DNA of 63,764 nt, the filler included, from Bacteroidales bacterium (GTDB taxonomy: Bacteria > Bacteroidota > Bacteroidia > Bacteroidales > CAIWKO01), in NCBI GenBank assembly GCA_035389045.1. It is 3 parts of 3 records of this genome, joined end to end, with 100 filler letters (N's around TTAATTAATTAA, not from the genome) between each part and the next. Parts side by side here need not be neighbours in the genome. Positions count along the whole stretch, not along the records: positions 25,099 to 49,603 come from DAOORA010000067.1; 2 more parts are not named here. One strand, 5' to 3'. The position numbers and the translations under genes were made by a program. Numbering within the stretch: position 1 is the stretch's first letter; each line of letters starts with the position of its first letter. Positions 39,303-48,512 of the stretch are shown here, piece by piece. Below the pieces are notes generated by a model. That model made no database searches, was not told the origin of the DNA, and saw only the letters and a list, made by a program, of their open reading frames with translations.

Positions 39303-40622
39303 ATGAAGGCTACCGGCATGTTCAGGAAACTTCTTCACTTTTTCAATCTGGATGCAGAACTGGAAGACCAGGATGGCGTGTATGAAGAAATACAAAAAGG
39401 TATTGTTTTCAGAGGTACCAACCTGTGGATTTTGATTTTTGCCATTATCGTGGCCTCGGTAGGGCTGAACATGAACTCCACTGCAGTGATCATCGGCGCC
39501 ATGCTTATTTCGCCCCTGATGGGACCTATCAACGGGATGGGTTATAGTATTGCCACCTATGATTTTGAGTTGTTCAGAAAATCCATCAAGAACTATACTT
39601 TTGCCATACTTGCCAGCCTGGTAGCTTCTACGGCTTATTTTGCCTTAAGTCCTGTCTCAACAGCTCATTCTGAGTTGCTTGCACGGACCAGCCCTACCAT
39701 TTATGATGTTTTGATTGCCTTGTTCGGCGGACTTGCGGGTATTGTTGCTATCAGCAGCAGGCAAAAAGGTAATGTGATACCCGGAGTGGCCATAGCCACG
39801 GCACTGATGCCTCCGCTGTGTACAGCAGGTTATGGTTTGGCCACCGGACAATTTGAATTTTTCTTCGGGGCATTCTACCTGTTTACCATTAACACTATTT
39901 TTATAGCTATTGCCTCTGTTTGGATTTCGCAATTGTTAAAATTTCCGATCCGGAGCGTGATAGATCCGGGCCGTAAAAAAAGAATCAAACGGGTAATTGC
40001 TTTTGTGATTGTCATTGTGTTTTTGCCCAGTGTTTTTCTTGGATATAAGCTGGTAAAGCAGGAAGAGTTTTTACGGCGGGCTAATCAATATGTTTCCAAT
40101 GTTTCACTATTCGAAGGGAACTATCTGTTAAAAAACAATATTGAAGCTAAATCTCATAAGATTGTCCTGGTGTATGGCGGCGCTGCCTTGTCGGAAACCC
40201 AAAAGACGGCCATCATCCGTAAGGCCATGGATTTTAAAATTAAAGACGCTGAAATAGCCATAGAACAGGGATTGGCTTTTGGCAGCATGGATGATAAGAA
40301 TCTGGAACTTCTTCAGCTTAAGGAAGAGATTATAAACTTAAATACTACCCTGAATCATAAATATGCTGAGATCGACAGCTTAAAAAAACAGCAACGATTT
40401 GGCAAAACGCTGTTAAATGAAATAACTGCTATTTATCCACAGGTACAAGGGTGTCTTTATTCAGAATCTTTTGATTTTAGTCATAAACAAGAGCTGCCTC
40501 AAAAGAAATCCGTAGTTATTTTAGCTGTGGAAACGGAGGTGTCCGCCGATGACAAAACCAAAATCAGTAATTGGCTTAAACGCCGGCTGAATACCGAAGC
40601 TGTAAGGATTTATTTTGAGTGA
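39303..40622 (+). CDS. DUF389 / TIGR00341 family membrane protein
   Basis: GLNMNSTAVIIGAMLISPLMGPI, ELLARTSP, PGVAIATALMPPLC. Confidence 0.88.
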   Translation: MKATGMFRKLLHFFNLDAELEDQDGVYEEIQKGIVFRGTNLWILIFAIIVASVGLNMNSTAVIIGAMLISPLMGPINGMGYSIATYDFELFRKSIKNYTFAILASLVASTAYFALSPVSTAHSELLARTSPTIYDVLIALFGGLAGIVAISSRQKGNVIPGVAIATALMPPLCTAGYGLATGQFEFFFGAFYLFTINTIFIAIASVWISQLLKFPIRSVIDPGRKKRIKRVIAFVIVIVFLPSVFLGYKLVKQEEFLRRANQYVSNVSLFEGNYLLKNNIEAKSHKIVLVYGGAALSETQKTAIIRKAMDFKIKDAEIAIEQGLAFGSMDDKNLELLQLKEEIINLNTTLNHKYAEIDSLKKQQRFGKTLLNEITAIYPQVQGCLYSESFDFSHKQELPQKKSVVILAVETEVSADDKTKISNWLKRRLNTEAVRIYFE

Positions 40623-40643
40623 GATTCGCTGTTTTGTGCTGAG

Positions 40644-41059
40644 AAGCGATGATGATCAGATAATTATACGGTGGATTAATTGGCCCGGCCTGCAGCAACA
40701 GGCGCAGAGCTGCTGACAATAAGGGTCATGTCAGTAATTATTGGGATTTTAAAGGGATTATAAATTAAATTTCATAGAAAATGTCCGCGGGGATGAGGGC
40801 ATTTTTTTTTATTACGATAATTGAGATTTTGAGGATATAAGTATTCACAGGTGATTATTAAAATATTTGGTTAAATGCTTGTTTATTTGGGTTTTTATTA
40901 ATAATTTTATAGGTAGTTTCTGGAAAAAAGCATTGACTACACCGGGCTTGGAAATGGTATTTAGGTAGATATAATATAACATAAAATATATAGGGTTTTA
41001 AAATGGATTACGGTCAAAAATACTTATAATGGAAATTTGTAATAGTGCGGCATAAAGTT
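40644..41059 (+). repeat. Diverged direct repeat, copy 1 (T9SS gene tail + terminator-like hairpin + leader)
   Basis: Colinear with 43024-43438 (offset about 2380); shared blocks TGATGATCAGATAATT, AGCAACAGGCGCAGA, TGCTGACAATAA, TGAGATTTTG, ATTATTAAAATATTT, TAATTTTATAGGT, GTCAAAA, CGGCA...AGTT. Confidence 0.8.
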
Positions 41060-41081
41060 CGCACAACAAAAATTAAGAATC

Positions 41082-43043
41082 ATGAAAAAGACAGTTTACC
41101 TCAAAAGAAAAAAAATCCTCTCCTTTTGCGTTATGTTAAGCTGTGTTTTACTATTTGCCTTTCCGGAAACATATGCTCAATATGACACTGTGCCCGGGCA
41201 GCAGCCGGTTTATTTTCATATAAGCCATCATCAGGAAGATGTGGGGCGATACATGTTTGGTTTTCCCAAATTCCAGCGTTTCAAAGAAAATCTTAAGATG
41301 GAGCTTGACCTGTTGGACCAGTATGGCGCCGAATCAGATCAGTGTTTCAGCGATTTTATGGTGTCTGTGATCCTTTATATGGATAGTACAAGCGATCCGG
41401 GTGCAGACAGCATTTTCTATTGGTTTAACCACAGCAACCAGAGTCTGGGTTACCATTTTCATCCTACGACATGGGATGTGATGATACGGCTTGATAAAAT
41501 CAAAAATATGGACCTCGATACCGCAATAATGGAATATACCAAATGGGAACAGGCATACTATGATTGGTTTGAATGTGATTCCTCTCATCTCGACACGACG
41601 ATGTTTTGCGGTGAACTGGACACCACGAGGACAGGCGGAATTCAGCTTATGCAGCAATATTTTACAAAGCCTGTGGTCAATGAGTGTCTGACCATGCAGA
41701 ACCCTGCAGCGGGACAGGTAATCCGAAATATATACGGGAATCAGCAACCAATTATTGGACAGGCAGGTAATGTCCATAGTTATTACTCCGCCGAAGCCAG
41801 TCAGAACCTCTGGGTAAGTGACTGGATGTTCTCGAATGAACCGGGGATCTATGTATATAAAATGATGGGGAATTATTATATACAAAACCGTTCTGAAGCA
41901 TGGCTGGAAGGATTAATGGACGTGGATATGCTTGAACAGGTTCTGGCGGTGCTGCCACGCGATATTCCGCATATTTTCGCCATTCATCTTACGGTGCCCC
42001 CAGTTGGTGACAGTACCCTAGAACAACAACTGAAATATCTTACCAATGAATTTCTGCCCAATAATCCGGAATCACGTTTCATAGCGGGCTCTGACATACC
42101 TGAAATTATTGATACAAATTTGAATGAATTCTCCATGTCCGATCTGGAAACAGCATGTACTTATACACTTAATCAATGGCATGGCAGGCCTCCTGCGTTT
42201 GTGCAATATGGTGATAAATACACGTCACTGGCAGCATTGTACAAAGCCCTTCAGTATGCGATCAAATCCTGGTATAATAGTCCGTACCCGCATGTCTGGC
42301 CTTCTTCTGTGAGTGTGCCTGAATTCATCTGGCCTCCGCTGGGCCGAAAAGGACTTACGGTTCCTTTCGATTCCCGTCTTGCCAACGGATTTCCGTATGG
42401 CTTGATGCTACAGGCCATTGATGCACAGCTTACCAACGATTCCATACCTCAATATTCATATATTCCAAATATTGGAACTCCCATGACCACCAATGCTTCC
42501 GAGTTTCTAAACGGTATGTGCACGATATTTCTTCGTTTGCGGCAGGGTGATACTTCCAGTCAGAATATGCTTTACATATTACCATCTTACATTGTCCCAA
42601 TTTCTTATTTACCCGTAGAAACCTTTCTGAATGATACCGGTAACCACGTACCCTATACCAATATGGACTGGCTTAGTGCATTGCAGCTATGGACAACAGA
42701 GCCTGTCAGATTAAAAACCGTTAATCAATTATCGGTAGAGAATTATAATAAGACCAATAATGATATAGATTTTCAGCTGAATCAAAATTATCCTAATCCC
42801 TTCAGTGAAAGTACAACAATAAAGTTCTTCATTGCAAAACGGATGAAGGTGCGGCTTGATATGTATGATATGCTGGGAAAACATATACAAACACTTGCTG
42901 ACGGCAATTACGGGCAGGGCTGGCATACGCTTGCCTGGAACGGGGCAAATAATGCCGGAAACCGTTGCAATGGAACTATTTTCTTTTACCGTATGACAAC
43001 TGAAAACGGGGCTATACAAAAGAAAGCGGTGATGATCAGATAA
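41082..43043 (+). CDS. T9SS-secreted protein of unknown function (possible metal-dependent deacetylase-like N-domain)
   Basis: Signal peptide; HISHHQED and LGYHFHP His motifs; CTD LNQNYPNPFSEST...WNG...FFYRM...KKAVMIR. Confidence 0.75.
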   Translation: MKKTVYLKRKKILSFCVMLSCVLLFAFPETYAQYDTVPGQQPVYFHISHHQEDVGRYMFGFPKFQRFKENLKMELDLLDQYGAESDQCFSDFMVSVILYMDSTSDPGADSIFYWFNHSNQSLGYHFHPTTWDVMIRLDKIKNMDLDTAIMEYTKWEQAYYDWFECDSSHLDTTMFCGELDTTRTGGIQLMQQYFTKPVVNECLTMQNPAAGQVIRNIYGNQQPIIGQAGNVHSYYSAEASQNLWVSDWMFSNEPGIYVYKMMGNYYIQNRSEAWLEGLMDVDMLEQVLAVLPRDIPHIFAIHLTVPPVGDSTLEQQLKYLTNEFLPNNPESRFIAGSDIPEIIDTNLNEFSMSDLETACTYTLNQWHGRPPAFVQYGDKYTSLAALYKALQYAIKSWYNSPYPHVWPSSVSVPEFIWPPLGRKGLTVPFDSRLANGFPYGLMLQAIDAQLTNDSIPQYSYIPNIGTPMTTNASEFLNGMCTIFLRLRQGDTSSQNMLYILPSYIVPISYLPVETFLNDTGNHVPYTNMDWLSALQLWTTEPVRLKTVNQLSVENYNKTNNDIDFQLNQNYPNPFSESTTIKFFIAKRMKVRLDMYDMLGKHIQTLADGNYGQGWHTLAWNGANNAGNRCNGTIFFYRMTTENGAIQKKAVMIR

Positions 43044-43438
43044 TTGCCAGGGAGGGTTAATTGTTCCGGCTTAAAGCAACAGGCGCAGATTTGCTGACAA
43101 TAAAGGTTTAAGTCATTGATTATGAAGTTTTTAAATGGGTTGCAACATTGAACCGCCAAGACTCGGATCGCAGGGATGCGGGCCTTTTTTGTTGCGATAA
43201 ATGAGATTTTGGGTATCGTTATGTTAAATTATTAAAATATTTAGTTAAAGCCTTGTATGTTTAGATTATTATTAGTAATTTTATAGGTGGTTTGAAGAAC
43301 AAGCATCGATGAGATCGGGATTGAAAATAGTATTTGATGAATATTATGTATTGATGATTTAAATGAATAAGAGGTCTGAAACGGATTGTTGTCAAAATTA
43401 TGTTATAGTAAACATATTGTGGATCCGGCAACACAGTT
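43024..43438 (+). repeat. Diverged direct repeat, copy 2
   Basis: Colinear with 40644-41059; begins in the last codons (AVMIR-stop) of the 41082-43043 gene. Confidence 0.8.
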
Positions 43439-43476
43439 TTTGGGCAATTAAACAAACAATACTAAATGGTTTAATT

Positions 43477-44394
43477 ATGAGAACAGTAATCATCATTTTC
43501 GCGATACCTGTATTTTTTTTACTAAGGGTCCAAGCCCAGGTTGTCACCGATTATGACGGCAATGTATATGACACGGTAGTTATTGAAAATCAGGTTTGGT
43601 TAAAGCAAAATCTGAGAACGACACATTACAACACAGGGGCTTTGATACCCAATGTTACGGACAGCACGGCATGGGCGACCCTGTTATCGGGAGGAAGGTG
43701 TTATTACAACAACGATTCATCAGCATACGATTCGGTTTATGGTCCTTTATACAATTGGTATGCAGCGCATAATTCCAATGTCTGCCCCCTGGGCTGGCGA
43801 GTGCCGTCGGATGCTGAGTGGCAGGATGTTGAGAATATTCTTGGAGGCGCACCTCTTGCCGGAGGTGAAATGAAAGAAGCGGATACTGTGCATTGGCTGA
43901 GTCCCAACACCGGGGCGACAAACAACAGTGGCTTTACGGGGCTTCCGGGTGGTGGCCGCACCACCACCGGCACTTTTCAATTTATCCGCGAAAACGGCCT
44001 CTGGTGGACATCCTCTTCAAACGGTCCTTCAACTGCCGTGGGACTGTATATGTGGTATTTAAGTTCAGGAGTGGAACATGATCCCGTTTCGAGGAAATAT
44101 GGTGTTAGTATCCGTTGTATGAAAGATGCCAATAACGGGATTGAAGATATAAATGATGCCGGAAAATGCAGTCTGAATCCAAATCCGGCGAAAGACATCA
44201 TCACACTTGACTTCGGGGAAAATCAAAGATTTATAATGCAGGTCTTTAACATTATTGGAGAATGTGTGATGGAAAGAGAATTTAATAATGGCAAAAACAG
44301 CACAGACATAAGTTCACTGCCCGGCGGTACTTATATGGTGAAATTGATCGGGAAAACGAATGTTATTACAAAAATCCTTCTTAAAAATAAATAA
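43477..44394 (+). CDS. Fibrobacter succinogenes major paralogous (FISUMP) domain protein with T9SS CTD
   Basis: DYDGNVYDTVVIENQVWLKQNL, YGPLYNWYA, CPLGWRVPSDAEW, SGFTGLPGG, GVSIRCMKD, PNPAKD; start at ATG 43477 gives a signal peptide. Confidence 0.88.
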   Translation: MRTVIIIFAIPVFFLLRVQAQVVTDYDGNVYDTVVIENQVWLKQNLRTTHYNTGALIPNVTDSTAWATLLSGGRCYYNNDSSAYDSVYGPLYNWYAAHNSNVCPLGWRVPSDAEWQDVENILGGAPLAGGEMKEADTVHWLSPNTGATNNSGFTGLPGGGRTTTGTFQFIRENGLWWTSSSNGPSTAVGLYMWYLSSGVEHDPVSRKYGVSIRCMKDANNGIEDINDAGKCSLNPNPAKDIITLDFGENQRFIMQVFNIIGECVMEREFNNGKNSTDISSLPGGTYMVKLIGKTNVITKILLKNK

Positions 44395-44654
44395 GCGGGA
44401 AAAGCCCTTCATCATCCAAATTTGTAAAATATGAGAAACCCTTTGATCCCGATATTTTCACTATCCCTGATTATTATTATTCAATTAGTTCTGACGGCTG
44501 TTACACAAAAACAGAATGGCCCCAAGTATACCGTAACAGAAACAGTTATCGAAGGCTGTTTCTGCCATTTTATGCCCTCTGTTTTTTATGCAACCAGTGA
44601 GGGATATCTAATACTCAGGACATAAGAGGATGTAATACATGAACAATTAATACA

Positions 44655-45671
44655 ATGCATATCGCGATTTACGGTGCAGGATCAATAGGCACAGTGTTAG
44701 GCGCTTTTATTACAAAAAACGGGCTTGACATTGACCTTATCAGCCGTAATACAGCTCATATTGGCTGTTTGAAGACCAATGGCGCCCGTATCACTGGCAC
44801 CGTTGAAATGTCGGTACCTGTTAAGGCCCTTCTGCCTGAAGAAATTACAAAAAGATATGATATACTGTTCTTGATCACTAAAACAACAGATAACACAAAT
44901 ACCGTAAAGAGTTGTGTTCCTTGCCTCGCCGATGAAGGAATAATCTGCACATTGCAAAACGGGTTGCCAGAAATGTCGGTAGCAGAAATAATTGGTGACG
45001 ACAGGACATTCGGATGCGCCGTTGCCTGGGGAGCAACATTTGTGGGTAACGGAATTTGCGAACTTACCTCAGAGCCTGAAAGTATCACATTCAGTATTGG
45101 CTCGTTCAGCAAAAATGCAGATCCAGATAAATTAAACAGTATAAAAAACATACTGTCCCTGATGGGTCACGTTGACGTGGCAGACAACTTTATGGGAGCC
45201 CGGTGGGCAAAACTGCTGATCAACTGCTCATTCAGCGGAATGTCTGCAGTGTTGGGTTGTACCTATGGCGAGGCTGCAGAAAACAAAGTATCCAGGAAAT
45301 GCATTCAGAGAATAATTAAAGAATGTATTGATGTTTCAAGAAAAGCTAATATTAAAATTGAGCCTGTCCAGGGTAAGGATATCTGCAAATTGCTTGATTA
45401 CAGTACAAAAATAAAAGAATATATCTCCTTTTTAATAATACCCATTGCAATAAAGAAGCACCGCTTGCTGAAAGCAAGTATGTTGCAGGACCTTGAAAAA
45501 GGCAAAAAATGTGAAGTAGAAGCAATAAACGGAATTGTTTGCAAATTCGGTGAAAAATATCATTGTCCTACGCCATATAATGATATGGTAGTAAAAATTA
45601 TCCATGAAATAGAGCAAGGTAACATTAAACCTGGTTTTGATAATTTAAACCGGTTTGAAAATCTCATTTAA
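44655..45671 (+). CDS. panE: Ketopantoate reductase family protein
   Basis: IYGAGSIG, TLQNGL, RWAKLLINC, SMLQDLEKGKKCEVEAINGIV. Confidence 0.85.
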   Translation: MHIAIYGAGSIGTVLGAFITKNGLDIDLISRNTAHIGCLKTNGARITGTVEMSVPVKALLPEEITKRYDILFLITKTTDNTNTVKSCVPCLADEGIICTLQNGLPEMSVAEIIGDDRTFGCAVAWGATFVGNGICELTSEPESITFSIGSFSKNADPDKLNSIKNILSLMGHVDVADNFMGARWAKLLINCSFSGMSAVLGCTYGEAAENKVSRKCIQRIIKECIDVSRKANIKIEPVQGKDICKLLDYSTKIKEYISFLIIPIAIKKHRLLKASMLQDLEKGKKCEVEAINGIVCKFGEKYHCPTPYNDMVVKIIHEIEQGNIKPGFDNLNRFENLI

Positions 45672-45676
45672 GTTTT

Positions 45677-46066
45677 ATGAAAGACAATCTTATTCAAAAG
45701 TTAATGGAAAGCCGTATCAGGCAAACTATAATACTTCTTGCGGCCGGAATAGCATTGGTGTTATTTTCGGCACTGGTTGGCAAGTTTGGAGCTACCATGA
45801 ATGTTATCGCTTTTTTTACCGGATCGGTATTACTCTTTTATGGTATGCTTCGTTACTGGGAAAAAGCGCTTTTGTACATAATTATGTGTGTTGTATTCAT
45901 TGTTCTTATTATCCTTGAATTTCAGGTTGGGATTGATATTTTAGTTAAAAAGTTCAAAGGAACCCATGAAGCCGAGGATATAGCGTGGACCATTGGCGGT
46001 GTTTTTTTTGCAGGTGTTTTGGCCGGTATTATAGGCTTTTTTAGTTTTATAAGGAAAAGAGAATGA
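45677..46066 (+). CDS. Small 4-TM membrane protein (paralogue of 46822-47232)
   Basis: Four hydrophobic segments; C-terminal AEDIAWTIGGVFFAGVLAGIIGFFSFIRK. Confidence 0.7.
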   Translation: MKDNLIQKLMESRIRQTIILLAAGIALVLFSALVGKFGATMNVIAFFTGSVLLFYGMLRYWEKALLYIIMCVVFIVLIILEFQVGIDILVKKFKGTHEAEDIAWTIGGVFFAGVLAGIIGFFSFIRKRE

Positions 46067-46092
46067 ATGTATAATTTAATTATTAGTTTCCA

Positions 46093-46773
46093 ATGAATTA
46101 TATTTATTATTCCATATGGAAAGTAACCAAAATTATAGAACAAAAAACTTCAACCTATGAAAAAAGGATCGTATGGATTATTGTTTTATTCTTTTCAATA
46201 GTGTTATCTGGTTGTAAACCTATGAGCATTTCAGTAAAAGGTGATGATTGTAAAATGGATGGTAGTTTTGAAATTATAAAAAACGGACTTCCCGTTAACT
46301 GGTGCTACTATGCTCCTGAAACAGTTCCAAATAGTGACTTTAAAATATTAAGTGACACCACCCAACATAAAGATGGTATAAGGTCACTAAAATTTCAAAT
46401 CAATTCATGTGAATCGACAGGCAGCTGGCATTCACCCGGTTTCTTTATGGAATTTAAGGTATTACCCGGAGAAACTTATAAAGTAAGTTTATGTGTAATC
46501 AACAAAGGCTGTACTTTAAAAATAAAGGCTGAAACCGGCATGAAAGGGAATCCCGGGATCTCCGAAATTGTTGCCGAAATACAAGGGACATTTTCAGAAT
46601 GGAAGTGCTATGAACATACTGTTCGAATACCTGCGGCCAATGATAACATGCGGATCGAAGTAAATATTTTATCGCCGGGGACTGTCTGGTTTGATGATAT
46701 AAAAATTGAAGGCGTACATGATCAAAGTGAAAGGACTATCTATCCGTACAGGGGAAATGAAGATTGCAAATAA
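46093..46773 (+). CDS. Putative lipoprotein with galactose-binding-like (CBM4/9-type) domain
   Basis: VLSGC lipobox, DGSFE, HKDGIRSLK, PGETYKVS, GTVWFDDIKIE; 5' end may be frameshifted. Confidence 0.65.
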   Translation: MNYIYYSIWKVTKIIEQKTSTYEKRIVWIIVLFFSIVLSGCKPMSISVKGDDCKMDGSFEIIKNGLPVNWCYYAPETVPNSDFKILSDTTQHKDGIRSLKFQINSCESTGSWHSPGFFMEFKVLPGETYKVSLCVINKGCTLKIKAETGMKGNPGISEIVAEIQGTFSEWKCYEHTVRIPAANDNMRIEVNILSPGTVWFDDIKIEGVHDQSERTIYPYRGNEDCK

Positions 46774-46821
46774 CAGAGATATAAATATAAATTCAAAAGT
46801 ATCATTCAAACACTTAATAGC

Positions 46822-47232
46822 ATGACAAATAAAATCATTACGGTAATCAGGTCCAATCGCAATTGGTTGACATTTTCAATAATTATAATTGCGGTCTTAC
46901 TTGTTGTAATTTCACTTTTCTTTGGGGGTGCAGGCGGCTTGGTTCTGGCAGAATTATTATTTTATATCGGACTTATTATGCTTTTTTTTGCTTTGTTAAA
47001 TCCATGGGGTTCTTGGACCCGAAAGTATTATGCCATACTCATCGGGATTTCTGTCCTCCTTTTTTTTCTTCTGATCAAGGCAGGGATAGGCGCTTTGGTA
47101 AAGATACAATCAAAGTTCCAAATACCCGGTCATTGGGCTGAAGATATGGCTTGGTCATTGGGATTTGTCTTCATTGCAGGATTTCTGGCAGGACTTATTG
47201 GTTTTTTCATTTTTATAAGGCGGAAGAATTAA
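46822..47232 (+). CDS. Small 4-TM membrane protein (paralogue of 45677-46066)
   Basis: Four hydrophobic segments; AEDMAWSLGFVFIAGFLAGLIGFFIFIRR. Confidence 0.7.
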   Translation: MTNKIITVIRSNRNWLTFSIIIIAVLLVVISLFFGGAGGLVLAELLFYIGLIMLFFALLNPWGSWTRKYYAILIGISVLLFFLLIKAGIGALVKIQSKFQIPGHWAEDMAWSLGFVFIAGFLAGLIGFFIFIRRKN

Positions 47233-47281
47233 ATGAATTTTTGAAATCATGAAAAACCATAAAAAATGAAAATACTTACAT

Positions 47282-47408
47282 GGAAAACATTGGTTCGGCA
47301 GGCAGCGTCAGGTCGTGGTGTGTAATGGTTTTTATATTTGAAGGCAATGAGATCATGAAGAACAGTGGTTGTAGAATGCGTAACGCTTGCCGGTACAGCC
47401 CGTTAAAC
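47282..47408 (+). other. Degenerate attC-like hairpin
   Basis: AAC (47286-88)...CGGCA-ggc-AGCGT / ACGCT-TGCCG arms...GTTAAAC (47402-08, fits GTTRRRY); next ATG 22 nt downstream; left core GGAAAAC does not fit RYYYAAC. Confidence 0.35.
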
Positions 47409-47430
47409 CTCAATAAATTAGTAATTTAAT

Positions 47431-47823
47431 ATGATAAACAAATTATTTATGAACATCATTCGTTGGCTGGCGCGTATCACGGGAACATTGATCGTTGTAT
47501 TTTGCCTGGCCTTTTTTTTTGGTTATGTAATTGAAGGGATTAATAAATCTGAGGATGTTCCCGAAACTTATAATATAATCCTTTTTACCTTATGGGGCAT
47601 AAGCCTTGCTGCTCTTATACTGGCATGGTGGAAAGAAGGTCTGGGAGGGATCATCTCACTGACTGGTTTTATTATCTTTAACATCCTTGCTGCAGTGAAT
47701 CCTGTTCCGGGGGCCAGTTATGTATTTGCACTCCTGATCTTCCTGATTCCTTCAATATTGTTTTTGATTTACTGGCGGCTCAAAAGAAAGTCATTGAATA
47801 GAATTTCGGAAAATAAAATCTGA
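47431..47823 (+). CDS. Small 4-TM membrane protein, unknown function
   Basis: WLARITG, LAWWKEGLGGII; four hydrophobic segments. Confidence 0.7.
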   Translation: MINKLFMNIIRWLARITGTLIVVFCLAFFFGYVIEGINKSEDVPETYNIILFTLWGISLAALILAWWKEGLGGIISLTGFIIFNILAAVNPVPGASYVFALLIFLIPSILFLIYWRLKRKSLNRISENKI

Positions 47824-47824
47824 C

Positions 47825-48232
47825 ATGAAAACGAAAATTCTCAGCAAATACTTTATACTGGTAATTCCATTGATGTTGTACATCTTTTCTTCGTGCATAT
47901 CATTTAAGAAACCCAAACCCATACCGGAAAATAAAAAAGCTTTTATTGGTTTTTGGATTGCTGAAAACGGTTTTAAAATGGAGATCAAATCTTCTGGTAC
48001 CGCAGACATAACTAACAATCCCTATACGGGTAATCCTATTAATGATACCTTGAATATTGGGGTATCACCCGAATATGCCAAAGATATGTTTGTCGAGTTC
48101 GGTGGTGACAGTCTGCTTATTATCCGCAAGCCAAAAGTTCGTGCGAGGGAGTATCGTATAAATATAAATCCTCATATGGATAGAGATACCTGCAAAATGG
48201 TTTTAAACGGAATACTGCTCAAAAAACAATAA
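47825..48232 (+). CDS. Putative lipoprotein, unknown function
   Basis: MKTK...FSSC lipobox; FIGFW motif. Confidence 0.65.
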   Translation: MKTKILSKYFILVIPLMLYIFSSCISFKKPKPIPENKKAFIGFWIAENGFKMEIKSSGTADITNNPYTGNPINDTLNIGVSPEYAKDMFVEFGGDSLLIIRKPKVRAREYRININPHMDRDTCKMVLNGILLKKQ

Positions 48233-48312
48233 TGAGCATACTGTATTTTTATAACAGGTTACATGCATTGTAAGAAATCTTAAATATCAGAGAATTCAAT
48301 AGGCCATTATTC

Positions 48313-48448
48313 CACCCATCTGTCCCCTGCAACCCCAGGTGATAAAAATTGAATTTCACGCTGTGAACTTTGCGACTTCTTTGCGTCCTGAGTGGTTAAA
48401 TAATGGACTCACATCTACCTGTACCCTGCAATCCCATGCGATAAAAAT
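48313..48448 (+). repeat. 37-bp diverged direct repeat
   Basis: 48313-48349 vs 48412-48448, 30 of 37 identical (CTGT.CCCTGCAA.CCCA.G.GATAAAAAT); spacer contains CTTTGCG twice. Confidence 0.6.
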
Positions 48449-48512
48449 GTAATAATACCCATTGCGTACCTAAGATTTTTTAATTTTGTTCTATCAAGAA
48501 AAAATCGATATT

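Noticed and set aside
43376..43442. 59-nt AAC...GTT hairpin as a separate attC
   Set aside because: The right core GTTTTTG does not fit GTTRRRY, and the pairing is not conserved in the homologous copy near 41000-41059; treated as part of the duplicated leader
44431..44625. 64-aa ORF with a signal-like N-terminus and EGCFC motif
   Set aside because: Too short to assign; possibly a gene fragment, no supportable product
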